Source: Pirellula staleyi DSM 6068 (GTDB lineage: Bacteria > Planctomycetota > Planctomycetia > Pirellulales > Pirellulaceae). From it: DNA of 32,000 bases. A model generated the notes under the pieces. It searched no databases and had not been told where the DNA came from. It was given only the letters and a program-made list of their open reading frames with translations. The stretch covers positions 6,120,001-6,152,000 of the forward strand of contig CP001848.1 of assembly GCA_000025185.1 (NCBI GenBank), in the 5' to 3' direction. Below are positions 1 through 9,545 of this stretch, in pieces; the first letter of the stretch is position 1; the number at the start of each line of letters is the position of its first letter. The position numbers and the translations under genes were made by a program.

Positions 1-1
1 T

Positions 2-352
2 TACGACCTCGTGATTAACGGCAGCGAAGCGGGCGGTGGAACGATTCGTATCCACGACTGGCAAGTGCAGCAAAAGGTGTTCGGCCTCTTAGGCATCGAC
101 GAAGAGACCGCCAAGAATCGCTTTGGCTTTTTGCTCGAAGCACTACAGTTCGGCGCGCCACCGCATGGTGGTATTGCGCTCGGTATCGATCGCGTCGTGA
201 TGCTGTTCGGAGCACTCGATAGCATTCGCGAAGTGATCGCCTTCCCGAAGACGCAAAAAGCTGCCGACCTGATGACCGAAGCCCCCAACTTGGTCGACAA
301 CAAACAGCTTCGCGAACTGGGAATCAAACTCGCTTCGGCGGATAAGCCCTAG
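2..352 (+). CDS. aspS: Aspartyl-tRNA synthetase, C-terminal fragment (gene starts upstream of window)
   Basis: The frame is open from the window edge. The translation [19 protein letters not shown]...[19 protein letters not shown]...AFPKT carries the class II aaRS motif 3 and the typical AspRS C-terminus. The stop is at 350-352. Confidence 0.95.
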   Translation, partial: YDLVINGSEAGGGTIRIHDWQVQQKVFGLLGIDEETAKNRFGFLLEALQFGAPPHGGIALGIDRVVMLFGALDSIREVIAFPKTQKAADLMTEAPNLVDNKQLRELGIKLASADKP

Positions 353-460
353 TAGGCATTTTCCTTATCGCGTTCGGCTCTTGATCAGCGGCAATCAAAG
401 CTCCGATCTGCATCGTCGATTGAAAAGAATCGTCGATGCGCCAGACCTCTAAGCAACAAA

Positions 461-513
461 AAACGACCTCGGGCGAGATGGCTGTCTCACACGAGGTCGT
501 TTGGTATTTTTTT
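461..513. terminator. Bidirectional rho-independent terminator between convergent aspS and the 560-868 gene
   Basis: The stem aaacgacctcg (461-471) pairs with cgaggtcgttt (492-502). A T-run at 507-513 follows on the + strand, and an A-run at 456-463 gives a U-tract on the - strand. Confidence 0.7.
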
Positions 514-559
514 AGATAAGCGGAGCCCAAGTCGGCTGATTCGATCAGCTAGCGGGCTA

Positions 560-868
560 CTATTCCGTGATCGCTTCTTTAACTTTACCGACAAAGTGCG
601 GGCTCTTGCCGCTGGCCGATAGTTCAGCAGCCTTGGCTTCGGCTTGACGCTTTTGCGTAAAGTCATAGAGGGCAACGCGTTTCATCGACTGATTGAACAC
701 GCCCCAGAACAGCTTCATGCGAGCTGGCTCAGCACTTTTGGCACGGCTCTTTCGCTTGGTGACCTTCTTCTCTGGTTTGGCTTTCTTGACGCCATCTTCA
801 GTTTCCAGAGCATCAGCAGCATCGGATTCTGCACGAAGTGCCTTGCGACTAACGACTTTGCGTGCCAT
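560..868 (-). CDS. Small basic hypothetical protein (102 aa) with a Lys/Arg-rich N-terminal half
   Basis: This is the only sensible ORF in the interval, and it is bounded by the terminator at 461-513. The N-terminal half is K/R/E-rich (KKAKPEKKVTKRKSRAK). The C-terminal half looks globular (KLFWGVFNQSMKRVALYDF...HFVGKVKEAI). I recognise no family. Confidence 0.6.
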   Translation of the reverse strand: MARKVVSRKALRAESDAADALETEDGVKKAKPEKKVTKRKSRAKSAEPARMKLFWGVFNQSMKRVALYDFTQKRQAEAKAAELSASGKSPHFVGKVKEAITE

Positions 869-1072
869 ACGAGATTAGACCACCAGAAGTACAGTTGAGA
901 GACCAAAAACCGCTCGTTCGAGGGACCATTGGACCTATTGTCCCTCGCGATTTGCATATCTTAATGCAAATGGAGTTTCGTTGCCAGTTGGGCTTGGGGA
1001 GAGGCCATTCTCCCAAGCACGCCGATGCCACCTGGGTGGTACCGGGCGAAGAAGCCCGCCATGGAAGTTCGG

Positions 1073-1387
1073 CTAATCGACTTCATCTTCCGGCAGGTCA
1101 GCCACCGGCGTCGCTCCTGGCGGCGGTTTGCCACCACCCGCTCGCACATACTTGCCACGCATCTGGGCATACTCATCGGTCGTCGGGAAATCGACCTTCG
1201 TCTCGCCACCAATCACTGCCTGCTCGAACATCCGCTCGAGAAACGGTCGACACCAGCCACAACCGGTTCCCGCCCCAAAACATTCGCTCAGCTGTGCTGG
1301 CCTGCGCGGCTTTTCGATCCGAATAAAATTCTGCACCTTCCGCCGCGTCACATGAAAGCAGAGGCACAGTTCGTCATCGAGTTCCAT
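1073..1387 (-). CDS. BFD-like [2Fe-2S]-binding domain protein
   Basis: The Cys pattern CLCFHVTRRKV...CFGAGTGCGWC (CxC...CxxC) is typical of bacterioferritin-associated-ferredoxin-like domains. GAGG lies about 8 nt upstream of the ATG. The tail is Pro/Gly-rich and acidic. Confidence 0.8.
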   Translation of the reverse strand: MELDDELCLCFHVTRRKVQNFIRIEKPRRPAQLSECFGAGTGCGWCRPFLERMFEQAVIGGETKVDFPTTDEYAQMRGKYVRAGGGKPPPGATPVADLPEDEVD

Positions 1388-1596
1388 CGCTGCTGCCTCA
1401 AATTTTTAGTCGTAGGATCACCGAGGAGATGCTGACAGCACCAAATAACTATCTCGCAATGTATTGCTATACACCGTCGAAAACATTCAGTGGGGTCTTA
1501 CCCTCTAATCGCTCAATATCACCGGCCGGCGACGAGCGATGGTCCCCAAAATCTGCCCCGAGACTTCGGTCGAGTGCATGGTGTTGTTCGGTGCCT

Positions 1597-1992
1597 TTAC
1601 GACGTAGCGTACCACGCCGCAGCGATTTGTTCCGATAACCGGGCAAGTTGCTTCTTCGATGCTGGCCAGGATTTTTCGAAGTCCACAAGAACACAAGATT
1701 CGGGCAAGTGGTGTTCGTAAAAGCCCCGGCAGTAACAAGGATTCAGCAAATCGGCATCGTGGCGTTGTCGCGATGCGGAAAGCGATTCATGGTCGAGCGT
1801 AATCCAGAGCGTAATCAGTCCATTTGGTAGGTCTTCGAAACGTATGATCGGTTCAGTTGACGTTCGTTCCAAGGTAGCCAGAAAAGCTGCCCCGATCCCC
1901 GGCGTGCTGAGGCGAAAATGCTTCTTGGCTCGGCGCACAATGTCGGAGGTAGCGCCGACGAGAGCAACGTGAATTGGTTGAGGCATGCTCAT
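1597..1992 (-). CDS. Hypothetical protein (about 131 aa; ORF is open to 2064, start uncertain)
   Basis: The ORF lies on the same strand between the M20 peptidase and BFD-like genes. I chose the start at MSMPQPIHVAL (ATG at 1992 or 1986). I recognise no motif. Confidence 0.45.
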   Translation of the reverse strand: MSMPQPIHVALVGATSDIVRRAKKHFRLSTPGIGAAFLATLERTSTEPIIRFEDLPNGLITLWITLDHESLSASRQRHDADLLNPCYCRGFYEHHLPESCVLVDFEKSWPASKKQLARLSEQIAAAWYATS

Positions 1993-2124
1993 GGTGTAGT
2001 GCCGAACGCAAATTGTAGTACGCACCGTGTCGTGATTCACGACGAACCGTAGCCCCCAAATCATGGCATTGATTGCAAGGCAACCTAATACCTACTGACG
2101 CAGCTGCTTTATTTCTTCCCCTAC

Positions 2125-3318
2125 CTAAACAGTTGCCAACTTCAGCGCGATGCGGCAGGCGTCGTGGAAGCCGGGAAGGTCGAGTTGTTCTTTGACGGTG
2201 TGGACGTTCACTTGGCCACAGCCTAGCGTGACCGTGGGAATGCCGTGGGCGTTGAGCCAGTTGGCGTCGAGGCCGCCGTTGCTGATCGCGCGGATGGGCG
2301 ATCGCCCCACTTCCAGACACGCTTTTTCCGCCAGTTTGACGCAGGCGTGCTCCGGGTCGAGGCGGAACGTTTCGTAGTCGAGCCGCCCTTCGATCTCTAC
2401 GCTGCCGCGGCGTCCTTCGCTGCTCTTGAGCTCCTTAGCCGCTTTCTGAAACGCCTTGGTGATCTCCTTGATGATCTTCTCGCGAAATTTCGGCGAGTGA
2501 CTGCGTGCCTCAGCCCGCACGTGCACTTCGTCGGTCACCACATTCGTCGCGTCGCCGCCGCTGATCACACCCACGTTGCTAGTGCCGCTGAACTTTCCTT
2601 TTTTGATGAGCCCGTGCCAGCCTCCGCGAGCCAGATCGGCAATCGCCATCGCTGCAATCGCGATCGCGCTCACACCCTTCTCGGGTGCAACCCCCGCGTG
2701 GCTGGCGATGCCGTGCACTTTGATATCCATGCGATAGCCGCTGGTTGCGCCGACAGTCAGCTTGTCGGGCGCACCGCCGTCCCAGTTAAAGCACATCGCA
2801 GGCTTACCGAGCAAACTCTGCTGCAAATGCCGCGCGCCGTGCAGGCCGATTTCCTCTTGAATGAACCAGCAAAACGTGAGGGGCGGATGCGGCAACTTCT
2901 TTTCGAGCAGTTCGATCGCGGCCACCAGCGTTGCAGCTACGCCACCACGATTGTCGGCTCCGAGGGCCGTTGACGGGTTGGCCGATTTGACGATTTTGCC
3001 TTCGATCACCGGCTCACACCCCACGCACAGCGGCACCGTATCCATGTGCGATGTGAGCATCCGCCGCGGGCCCTTTACGGTGCCGGGCAGCTTCATGATT
3101 AGATTGCCGACGTTCCCTTTGAGGACCGATTTTTGGTTCGCATTATCGGTCCGAATCGTGTCGGCCGACGCGCCGGCGGCGAGCAGTTTCGCCTTCACAA
3201 ACTCGGCTACGGTGAGCTCTTCGCCACTCTTGCCGGGGATCGCCATCAGCTCGACAACCAGCTTCGTGGCACGGGAAAGATCGGGCTCGGGCGTCGTGGT
3301 AGCAGGAGATTGCAGCAT
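2125..3318 (-). CDS. M20-family metallopeptidase (PepT/ArgE-like)
   Basis: The 397-aa product carries the metal-ligand motifs SHMDTVP, GADNRGG and QEEIGLHGA, and a His near the C-terminus. Length and layout are typical of M20/M42 hydrolases. Confidence 0.9.
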   Translation of the reverse strand: MLQSPATTTPEPDLSRATKLVVELMAIPGKSGEELTVAEFVKAKLLAAGASADTIRTDNANQKSVLKGNVGNLIMKLPGTVKGPRRMLTSHMDTVPLCVGCEPVIEGKIVKSANPSTALGADNRGGVAATLVAAIELLEKKLPHPPLTFCWFIQEEIGLHGARHLQQSLLGKPAMCFNWDGGAPDKLTVGATSGYRMDIKVHGIASHAGVAPEKGVSAIAIAAMAIADLARGGWHGLIKKGKFSGTSNVGVISGGDATNVVTDEVHVRAEARSHSPKFREKIIKEITKAFQKAAKELKSSEGRRGSVEIEGRLDYETFRLDPEHACVKLAEKACLEVGRSPIRAISNGGLDANWLNAHGIPTVTLGCGQVNVHTVKEQLDLPGFHDACRIALKLATV

Positions 3319-3454
3319 GGTGATTAGGCTCGCTATCGACAGGAGTCAGGGAAGTTTGTGGCGGAATATCTGCAAGTATACCGAGGTGTACATCAGCGTG
3401 GGGCTCGTGATTTTTTCGCTTTTCTGTCAGAATGACCTGCTAGGAAAAACACGT

Positions 3455-4531
3455 ATGAAACATCTTGCTGAACCGAGTGTCTGGAACGAACTGAAAACCT
3501 GGCTGACCGAGCGCGGCTATCCCGCCTATCGGGCCACGCAGGTGCGCAAATGGGTCTTCGAACTCGGCGCAAGCTCGTTTGACGAGATGACCGACCTGCC
3601 GAAGAAACTGCGTGACGAACTCGCGCCCGAGTTCACCCTCTGGACCGGCAAAGTGGTGACCAAAAGCGAGTCCCCCGATGGTACCGAGAAGCTGCTGGTC
3701 GAATATCCCGGCGGCGGACGGATCGAATGCGTGCTGCTGCGCGACGGCGATCGGCGAAGCATTTGCGTCAGCTCGCAGGTGGGCTGCGCGATGGGCTGCG
3801 TGTTTTGCGCAAGCGGGCTCGACGGCGTCGATCGCAACCTCACCGCAGGCGAAATTGTCGAGCAGATGCTGCTGCTCCAGCGCCTACTCCCCGAAAAAGA
3901 GCGCCTCAGCCACATCGTAATGATGGGGATGGGGGAGCCGCTCGCCAACATCGATCACGTGCTGGAAGCTCTTGGCGAAGCAACGCGCGAAGATGGCCTA
4001 GGAATCAGCCCCCGGCGCATCACCATCAGCACCGTCGGACTACCAGCAGCCCTCGACAAGCTTTGCAACCTCGAAGCCAAATATCACCTTGCTGTTTCAC
4101 TCCATGCACCGAACAACGAATTGCGTACAAGATTAGTACCCATCAATAAAGCGATTGGTATTGAGAAAGTGATCGAGTCAGCTGATCGCTATTTTGAGAC
4201 ATCAGGACGCCGCCTGACGTTTGAATACGTCTTGCTGGCTGGCGTGAACGATCATCCCGATCACGCCCAAGAACTGGCTGAATTATTAGCTGGCCGCACC
4301 GCGATGCTGAATGTGATTCCCTATAACCCTGTCGCTGGCCTGCCTTATAAGACACCTAGCGGCAATGCCATTCACCGCTTTCGCAATATCTTGGTCGACG
4401 CCGGCATCAACGTGAAATTCCGCCAGCGCAAAGGAAGCGAAATCAACGCCGCCTGCGGCCAACTCCGTCGTAGCACCCCTACGCTGCTTGGCATCGAATC
4501 GCCAGCTCCCCCTTCGCAAGAGCCCATCTGA
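3455..4531 (+). CDS. rlmN: 23S rRNA/tRNA (adenine-C2)-methyltransferase RlmN (radical SAM)
   Basis: MKHLAEP...YRATQVRKWVF is the RlmN N-terminal domain. The radical SAM cluster motif is CAMGCVFC. MGMGEPLAN, the conserved C-terminal NAACGQL and the length all fit. The long ORF 2861-4531 only becomes RlmN-like from the ATG at 3455. Confidence 0.95.
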   Translation: MKHLAEPSVWNELKTWLTERGYPAYRATQVRKWVFELGASSFDEMTDLPKKLRDELAPEFTLWTGKVVTKSESPDGTEKLLVEYPGGGRIECVLLRDGDRRSICVSSQVGCAMGCVFCASGLDGVDRNLTAGEIVEQMLLLQRLLPEKERLSHIVMMGMGEPLANIDHVLEALGEATREDGLGISPRRITISTVGLPAALDKLCNLEAKYHLAVSLHAPNNELRTRLVPINKAIGIEKVIESADRYFETSGRRLTFEYVLLAGVNDHPDHAQELAELLAGRTAMLNVIPYNPVAGLPYKTPSGNAIHRFRNILVDAGINVKFRQRKGSEINAACGQLRRSTPTLLGIESPAPPSQEPI

Positions 4532-4684
4532 GCGAATTCGCACAGGCGTCTATCGCAACAAAAGCAACTAGCCACACAGGTCGCTTGAAATAGCGTGGCA
4601 ACTCTCGTTTTGAACGGATGGATGTTCTATGCTGAACCTCCTCGTCAAACGTCATTGCCTAGTACCTATTTCGGATTCGCTTCC

Positions 4685-6100
4685 ATGGCCACCCGTCTCA
4701 TGCAGCGTTTTGTGCTCTCCCTTCTTGCTGGCATTTCACTGCTCACAGCAACCACCTTGTGCGGTGCTGAACCCGCCAGCGACGTAACCATTAACAATGC
4801 GGTGGAAGCCTATATTTATGGCTATCCGCTCATCACGATGGAGATGACTCGCCGCGTGATGACCAACAGCGCGACCATCGAGGGGACACGCGGGCCGATG
4901 GGGCGATTCATTAGCTTAAAACAATATCCCAACGCCGAGTTTCGCGATGTCACCGCCCCCAATGCCGACACCCTCTATTCGTCAGCTTGGCTCGATCTCA
5001 GCAAAGAGCCCTATGTCCTCACTATTCCCGATGAGTCGGACCGCTACTTCCTGATGCCGATGCTTTCAGGCTGGACCGATGTGTTCGCTGTCCCTGGCAA
5101 ACGAACGACTGGCACCGGCCCCCAAACCTATGCCATCACCGGCCCAAACTGGAAAGGCGAGCTACCGACAGGGATGAAGCAGCTCCAATCCCCCACCAGC
5201 ATTGTTTGGATACTGGGACGCACCTACTGCACTGGCACCCCCGAAGATTATGAGGCTGTGCACGCAATTCAGTCCAAGTATTCCATCGTGCCGCTGAGTG
5301 CCTATGGCAAAGCCTATACGCCACCTGCTGGCGCTGTGGACCCAGCAGTGGATATGAAGACACCGGTTCGCAACCAAGTGAATGCCCTCGATATTAACGC
5401 CTATTTCGACCTACTCGCAAAACTCCTGAAAGACAACCTACCTACTGCCGCCGACGCGCCGATGGTGGCCAAGCTAACCGAACTGGGAATCGTTGCTGGC
5501 GAAAAATTCGACGCGAGCAAAATCGATCCTGCGCTCGCCAAGTCCTTGAGCGAAGTCCCCAAACTCGCGCAAGCGAAAATCATGGGACATTTCAAATCAG
5601 CAGGCACGGAGAAGAATGGCTGGGTTTTTACGACTGGCACCGGACGTTATGGCACCGACTACTTGCAGCGCGCTTTAATAACAGCGATTGGACTTGGCGC
5701 CAACCTTCCGCAAGATGCTGTGTACCCCACGTCGGAGGTCGATAGCACAGGAAAGCCTTACGATGGCACCCAAAACTATGTGATGCACTTTCCTAAGGGA
5801 CAAACGCCACCAGCAAAGGGATTCTGGTCTCTGACGATGTACGACGCCGAGTACTTTTTTGTCAAGAATCCGCTGAACCGCTACACTCTCAGCCCGCGCG
5901 ATGAGCTGAAGTATAACGCCGATGGATCACTCGATCTCTACATCCAGAACCAATCTCCCGGCAAGGACAAAGAATCGAATTGGCTCCCCACACCAGCTGG
6001 CAAATTCATTCTCATGATGCGTCTCTACTGGCCCCAAGAAACAGCCCCCTCGATCATCGACGGCACCTGGGTTCCACCAGCTGTGAACATCGTGAAATAA
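4685..6100 (+). CDS. Secreted DUF1254/DUF1214 domain protein
   Basis: The ATG at 4685 gives the signal peptide MATRLMQRFVLSLLAGISLLTATTLCGAEP. AYIYGYPLITMEMTR and the C-terminal FWSLTMYD...NRY...LYIQ...NWLP are characteristic of the DUF1254 plus DUF1214 pair. This is recognised from memory of the family. Confidence 0.85.
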   Translation: MATRLMQRFVLSLLAGISLLTATTLCGAEPASDVTINNAVEAYIYGYPLITMEMTRRVMTNSATIEGTRGPMGRFISLKQYPNAEFRDVTAPNADTLYSSAWLDLSKEPYVLTIPDESDRYFLMPMLSGWTDVFAVPGKRTTGTGPQTYAITGPNWKGELPTGMKQLQSPTSIVWILGRTYCTGTPEDYEAVHAIQSKYSIVPLSAYGKAYTPPAGAVDPAVDMKTPVRNQVNALDINAYFDLLAKLLKDNLPTAADAPMVAKLTELGIVAGEKFDASKIDPALAKSLSEVPKLAQAKIMGHFKSAGTEKNGWVFTTGTGRYGTDYLQRALITAIGLGANLPQDAVYPTSEVDSTGKPYDGTQNYVMHFPKGQTPPAKGFWSLTMYDAEYFFVKNPLNRYTLSPRDELKYNADGSLDLYIQNQSPGKDKESNWLPTPAGKFILMMRLYWPQETAPSIIDGTWVPPAVNIVK

Positions 6101-6130
6101 CCCACTCCCCTCACCACCGAGCTATTCCCC

Positions 6131-6164
6131 GGCCCTGCCATCCCCGCGATCGCAGGGCCTTTTT
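6131..6164 (+). terminator. Rho-independent terminator after the DUF1254/DUF1214 gene
   Basis: ggccctgc (6131-6138) pairs with gcagggcc (6152-6159), followed by ttttt (6160-6164). Confidence 0.7.
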
Positions 6165-6363
6165 CGTTTGGTCACTCAACAACGCTATGCAGACAACCAT
6201 CCGCAAGTTTATTACAGGCGTTGCTGTCACCTAGCGAAACAATTTCCACCTGCAGTTTTCAGAATCAAATCAATTGCTCTGTTGAAACACAAACTTCATG
6301 GAAGCTGATCTTGCCGCAATAAACTTGGGAGTTCTACAAGAGATTTCCTGATCGGCGCGCACG

Positions 6364-6401
6364 AAAAAGCCCTGCTCGAAACGGGGTGTTAGGAGCAGGG
6401 C
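6364..6401 (-). terminator. Rho-independent terminator after gap (minus strand)
   Basis: gccctgctc (6369-6377) pairs with gagcagggc (6393-6401). The A-run at 6364-6368 gives a U-tract on the minus strand about 70 nt after the gap stop. Confidence 0.7.
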
Positions 6402-6473
6402 TTCATTTGGTTTTGGACGGCAGTCAGGCGGAAGCCCGGCTGGCATCGAATGATCGCAGCAGCGGCAGGATGC

Positions 6474-7517
6474 TTAGAGCATCTTGGCGAGCATGGCGAC
6501 GAGGTCAGCGGTGCGGCAGCTGTAGCCCCATTCGTTGTCGTACCACGACATGACCTTCACGAACTTGCCTTTGTCGCCGAGGACGCAGGTCCAGTCGGGA
6601 ACAAAGATCGAGCTGCGCGAGTCTTGGATGATGTCGCTCGATACAATCGGATCTTCACAGTAGCCCAGGATGCCAGCGAGACCACCATCGGCCAGCGACT
6701 TTTCCGAAGCAGCCTTCATCGCAGCGTTGAGCTCAGCGGCGGTGACTTCCTTCTTCAGATTGGCGGTAAGGTCGACCACACTGCCAGTTGGGACTGGAAC
6801 GCGGAGCGAAAAGCCGGTGAGCTTCCCCTTGAGCGATGGGAGGACTTCACCCACAGCTTTAGCGGCACCGGTGGTGCTGGGGATGATGTTCACAGCAGCG
6901 GCGCGAGCGCGGTAGGCATCTTCGTGTGCGAGGTCCTGCACGCGCTGATCGTTGGTGTAGGCGTGAACCGTGGTCATCAGACCCGATTCGATGCCGAACG
7001 ATTCTTCCAGCACCTTGGCCACAGGAGCCAAGCAGTTGGTGGTGCAGCTGGCATTCGAAATGTACTTCATGTCGGCCGTGACCAGGTTGTGGTTCACACC
7101 GATCACGCAGGTGAGGTCGGGCTTGTCTTTGGCAGGAGCCGACAGCACAACCTTCTTGGCACCAGCGGTGACGTGCGAGTCGTAACCTGGCTTGCCATCC
7201 TTCGAGCGGTTGGTGAAGCGGCCGGTGCTTTCGATCACGATATCAACGCCCATTTCGCCCCATGGGAGTTTGTTCGGATCGGTTTCCTTCAGAACGCGAA
7301 CGGTTTTGCCGTTGACGTAGAGGTTGTCTTTATCGCTCGTCACGGTGCCGTCGAAGCGACCTTGAGCGCTATCGTACTTCAGAAGGTTGGCGAGCATGTC
7401 GGTGCTCGTCAGGTCGTTGATGGCAACGACTTCGAACTCGCTCGGGCGGCTGGCCATTACGCGAAACGTCAAACGACCGATACGGCCGAAACCATTGATT
7501 GCCACTTTCACAGCCAC
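6474..7517 (-). CDS. gap: Type I glyceraldehyde-3-phosphate dehydrogenase
   Basis: The product has the NAD-binding motif [15 protein letters not shown], the active site [12 protein letters not shown], and WYDNEWGYS. The start is a GTG (cac at 7515-7517 on +), with AGGAG 8 nt upstream (ctcct at 7526-7530). Confidence 0.97.
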   Translation of the reverse strand: MAVKVAINGFGRIGRLTFRVMASRPSEFEVVAINDLTSTDMLANLLKYDSAQGRFDGTVTSDKDNLYVNGKTVRVLKETDPNKLPWGEMGVDIVIESTGRFTNRSKDGKPGYDSHVTAGAKKVVLSAPAKDKPDLTCVIGVNHNLVTADMKYISNASCTTNCLAPVAKVLEESFGIESGLMTTVHAYTNDQRVQDLAHEDAYRARAAAVNIIPSTTGAAKAVGEVLPSLKGKLTGFSLRVPVPTGSVVDLTANLKKEVTAAELNAAMKAASEKSLADGGLAGILGYCEDPIVSSDIIQDSRSSIFVPDWTCVLGDKGKFVKVMSWYDNEWGYSCRTADLVAMLAKML

Positions 7518-7883
7518 GCATGAATCTCCTAAGTCGAAGTTGCCCGTTTCGCGTTATCGCTTGCCACCTCCAGGGTGGCCTCGCGATCGTGAGGCAGAAG
7601 AGTAAAGAGAAGTATCTTATCGGCGAAGTGCCCGGGCCTCAAGAATCCCCCATATTTCTAGGGTTTTGAGCCGATTCTTGAGTCGACCTGTGCAGATTGG
7701 CAATCACCTCGGGAGCCAATCACGGAAATCTGGCGCACCACAAACCGGCCCTTAACGGACCGGCGATTCCCGTAGGCAAAAAAGTACCGTCCAAGGAGGG
7801 ATGGAGTGAGCCTGGAACCAGCCCCAAGATTTTTTAGCAAGACAGCTGAAAAACCACCACGCGAGGGAGGCGCAAGGCGGGAC

Positions 7884-9155
7884 TCAGCCCCCGATCTTCA
7901 GCAGCTGCTGTTCCGGTGGGTTCTGCGGCTTGCGGGTTTCGACCCACTTCGAGGCGTCGAAGTGCTTGCCGTAGGTTCCGTAGTCGTTGAAGAAGAAATA
8001 CTTCGCCAAACGATAGGCCCACGATTTCTCGGGGATCTCTTCGCCGGGGTTGTACTGCGACGGGCGAATCTCCATTGCCTCGAGTTCCGCCATCGCGTTT
8101 TTGCGAGCGGTGGTGTCGTGGGCCTGGTGCTTGTCGATGATCAGCTTGAGTAGATCTGGGCGTTCGAGCACCACACAGCCTCGCGTGTGCTGCGCGGTGA
8201 TCTCGCGGAAGTCGCGCAAGAACTCGCTGTTTTGAAAGACTTCCTTCATCGGCCGCTCGTCGTAAATCGATTCCTTCGAGAACTGAATGATCGGACAAGG
8301 CTCGATGTCACCCCACGGACTCACATGGTGCGTGAAACCTGTGACTGCGGGACAGAGCGCGCGACCTTCGCCATCGTAGTAGGCATCGACAATCACGATC
8401 GGCTTTTTCGTCCGCATCTCGACCACGAACTTGCGGCACTCCAACTGCTGCTCGGGAGTGAGTGCAAGATCGGCGTTGCAGTCGGGACCGACCGGCCGGT
8501 AGATGTGAAACCAGGTATAGAACACACCCATTTCGATCAAGCGATCGAGCCATTTTTCGCTCAGCAGATCGAAGTTCGATTGGCAGAGACTGGTGCAAAC
8601 GCCGGTCATCACGCGATGCTTCAGGCAGTTCTGCAGCCCCTGCATCGTCTTGCTGTAAACATCATCGCGACCGCGCCGGACGTCGCTGACAATCTCGTTC
8701 CCCTCGACGCTGATCAGCGGCGTTACGTTGCCACACTCGCGCAGCTTGCGTGCGACTTCATCGGTGATGAACTGGCCGTTCGTGAAGACTTGGAAGTAGC
8801 AGTCGTGATGTCGCGCGAAGATCTCCAGCACCTCGGGATGCATGAAGGGCTCGCCCCCCAAGATACCGAAGAACGAGTTCCCCATCGCTTTGGCTTCGCC
8901 GATCAGTTTACTGATGGCTTCGACCTCGATTTTCGACTGCTTCGCGGCAACGTCGACCCAGCACCCTTGGCAGCGAAGGTTGCAGCTGTTGATGACCGAG
9001 ATGTAGAGGAAGGGTGGAAAGAACTCGCCGCGCGCGAGGCGAGCTTTGTGCTTTTGCACGCTCCGGACCCCTTTGGCGCCGAAGTTCCACATCAACTTCC
9101 AGAGGAGCCGCTTATCGGTTTCGGTGATCAGTCGCCCGAGCATCCGCAAATACAT
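7884..9155 (-). CDS. Radical SAM protein of unknown specificity (ORF is open to 9347; start uncertain)
   Basis: The CX3CX2C motif is CNLRCQGC, with GGEPF downstream. The C-terminal region has only three Cys (LCPAV...EPCPII...RGCVV), which looks like a partial SPASM or twitch domain. In-frame Met codons lie at 9347, 9200, 9155 and 9143. Similar proteins, as I recall them, start near MLGRLITETDKRLLWK. Confidence 0.88.
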   Translation of the reverse strand: MYLRMLGRLITETDKRLLWKLMWNFGAKGVRSVQKHKARLARGEFFPPFLYISVINSCNLRCQGCWVDVAAKQSKIEVEAISKLIGEAKAMGNSFFGILGGEPFMHPEVLEIFARHHDCYFQVFTNGQFITDEVARKLRECGNVTPLISVEGNEIVSDVRRGRDDVYSKTMQGLQNCLKHRVMTGVCTSLCQSNFDLLSEKWLDRLIEMGVFYTWFHIYRPVGPDCNADLALTPEQQLECRKFVVEMRTKKPIVIVDAYYDGEGRALCPAVTGFTHHVSPWGDIEPCPIIQFSKESIYDERPMKEVFQNSEFLRDFREITAQHTRGCVVLERPDLLKLIIDKHQAHDTTARKNAMAELEAMEIRPSQYNPGEEIPEKSWAYRLAKYFFFNDYGTYGKHFDASKWVETRKPQNPPEQQLLKIGG

Positions 9156-9545
9156 ACACGTTCCCACTCGATCGAGGGTTCTTGGCAGGCTGCGTCGCAT
9201 CGTCCCGCACATATCGGGACTTGTGCAGTATACCGCGCCTGTCCAGCACATTCCCGCCCCATGCTGGCGGAATTGGCGTGACAATCGGCCGACGATTTCG
9301 TCCCGCGTTTTCCGCCGCCAAATGCAGTTTGCCAGCAGTGCCTTCACGCTCTTTTTTCAGACAAAAGATCGGGCGATTGGCCTTCACTCGCTCGCGCGAC
9401 TTTTGGTATTCCCCTGCCCAGGCAACACTCGTTGGCGAGTTTGTCGCGAGGTGCTCGCGGGGCATGTCATGTCTCTCTCGAAGCTTCCACGTTAGCTTCG
9501 CCCCGGCGCATCGCGGACCAGGACTCGCCTCAGGATACCATCGAA

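Noticed and set aside
1467-1738. Overlapping minus-strand ORFs that might indicate a frameshifted, longer version of the 1597-1992 gene
   Set aside because: Neither alternative frame gives a recognisable continuation, and I cannot tell a pseudogene from chance ORFs without homologues. The question is left unresolved and no pseudogene is called.
2861-3454. 198 extra N-terminal codons of the 556-aa ORF containing rlmN
   Set aside because: This part is antisense to the M20 peptidase gene and crosses the divergent promoter region. RlmN homology begins only at the ATG at 3455.
4532-4541. gcgaattcgc palindrome right after the rlmN stop
   Set aside because: It is a 10-bp perfect palindrome with no loop or T-run, so it cannot form a useful terminator hairpin. 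It is probably chance (it contains an EcoRI site).
6450-7523. 357-aa ORF on the + strand covering the whole gap locus
   Set aside because: It is exactly antisense to an unmistakable GAPDH gene. The product is low-complexity (A/G/V/R/H-rich) with no motifs. This is a typical shadow ORF in GC-rich DNA.
7658-7840. 60-aa ORF 44 nt downstream of the radical SAM gene, considered as a possible RiPP precursor
   Set aside because: It needs a TTG start and has AT-ending codons atypical for this genome. It also overlaps the gap promoter/5' region and shows no Cys/Gly/Ser-rich core or leader-like features.
8187-9281. 364-aa + strand ORF opposite the radical SAM gene
   Set aside because: It is antisense to a gene with clear radical SAM motifs. 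The translation has no recognisable domain and a biased composition.
9156-9347. In-frame N-terminal extension of the radical SAM ORF (MKALLANCIWRRKTRDE...)
   Set aside because: The composition is Cys/Arg/Trp-rich and unlike a protein N-terminal domain. The conserved-looking N-terminus starts near MYLRMLGRLITE. This is kept only as an alternative start.
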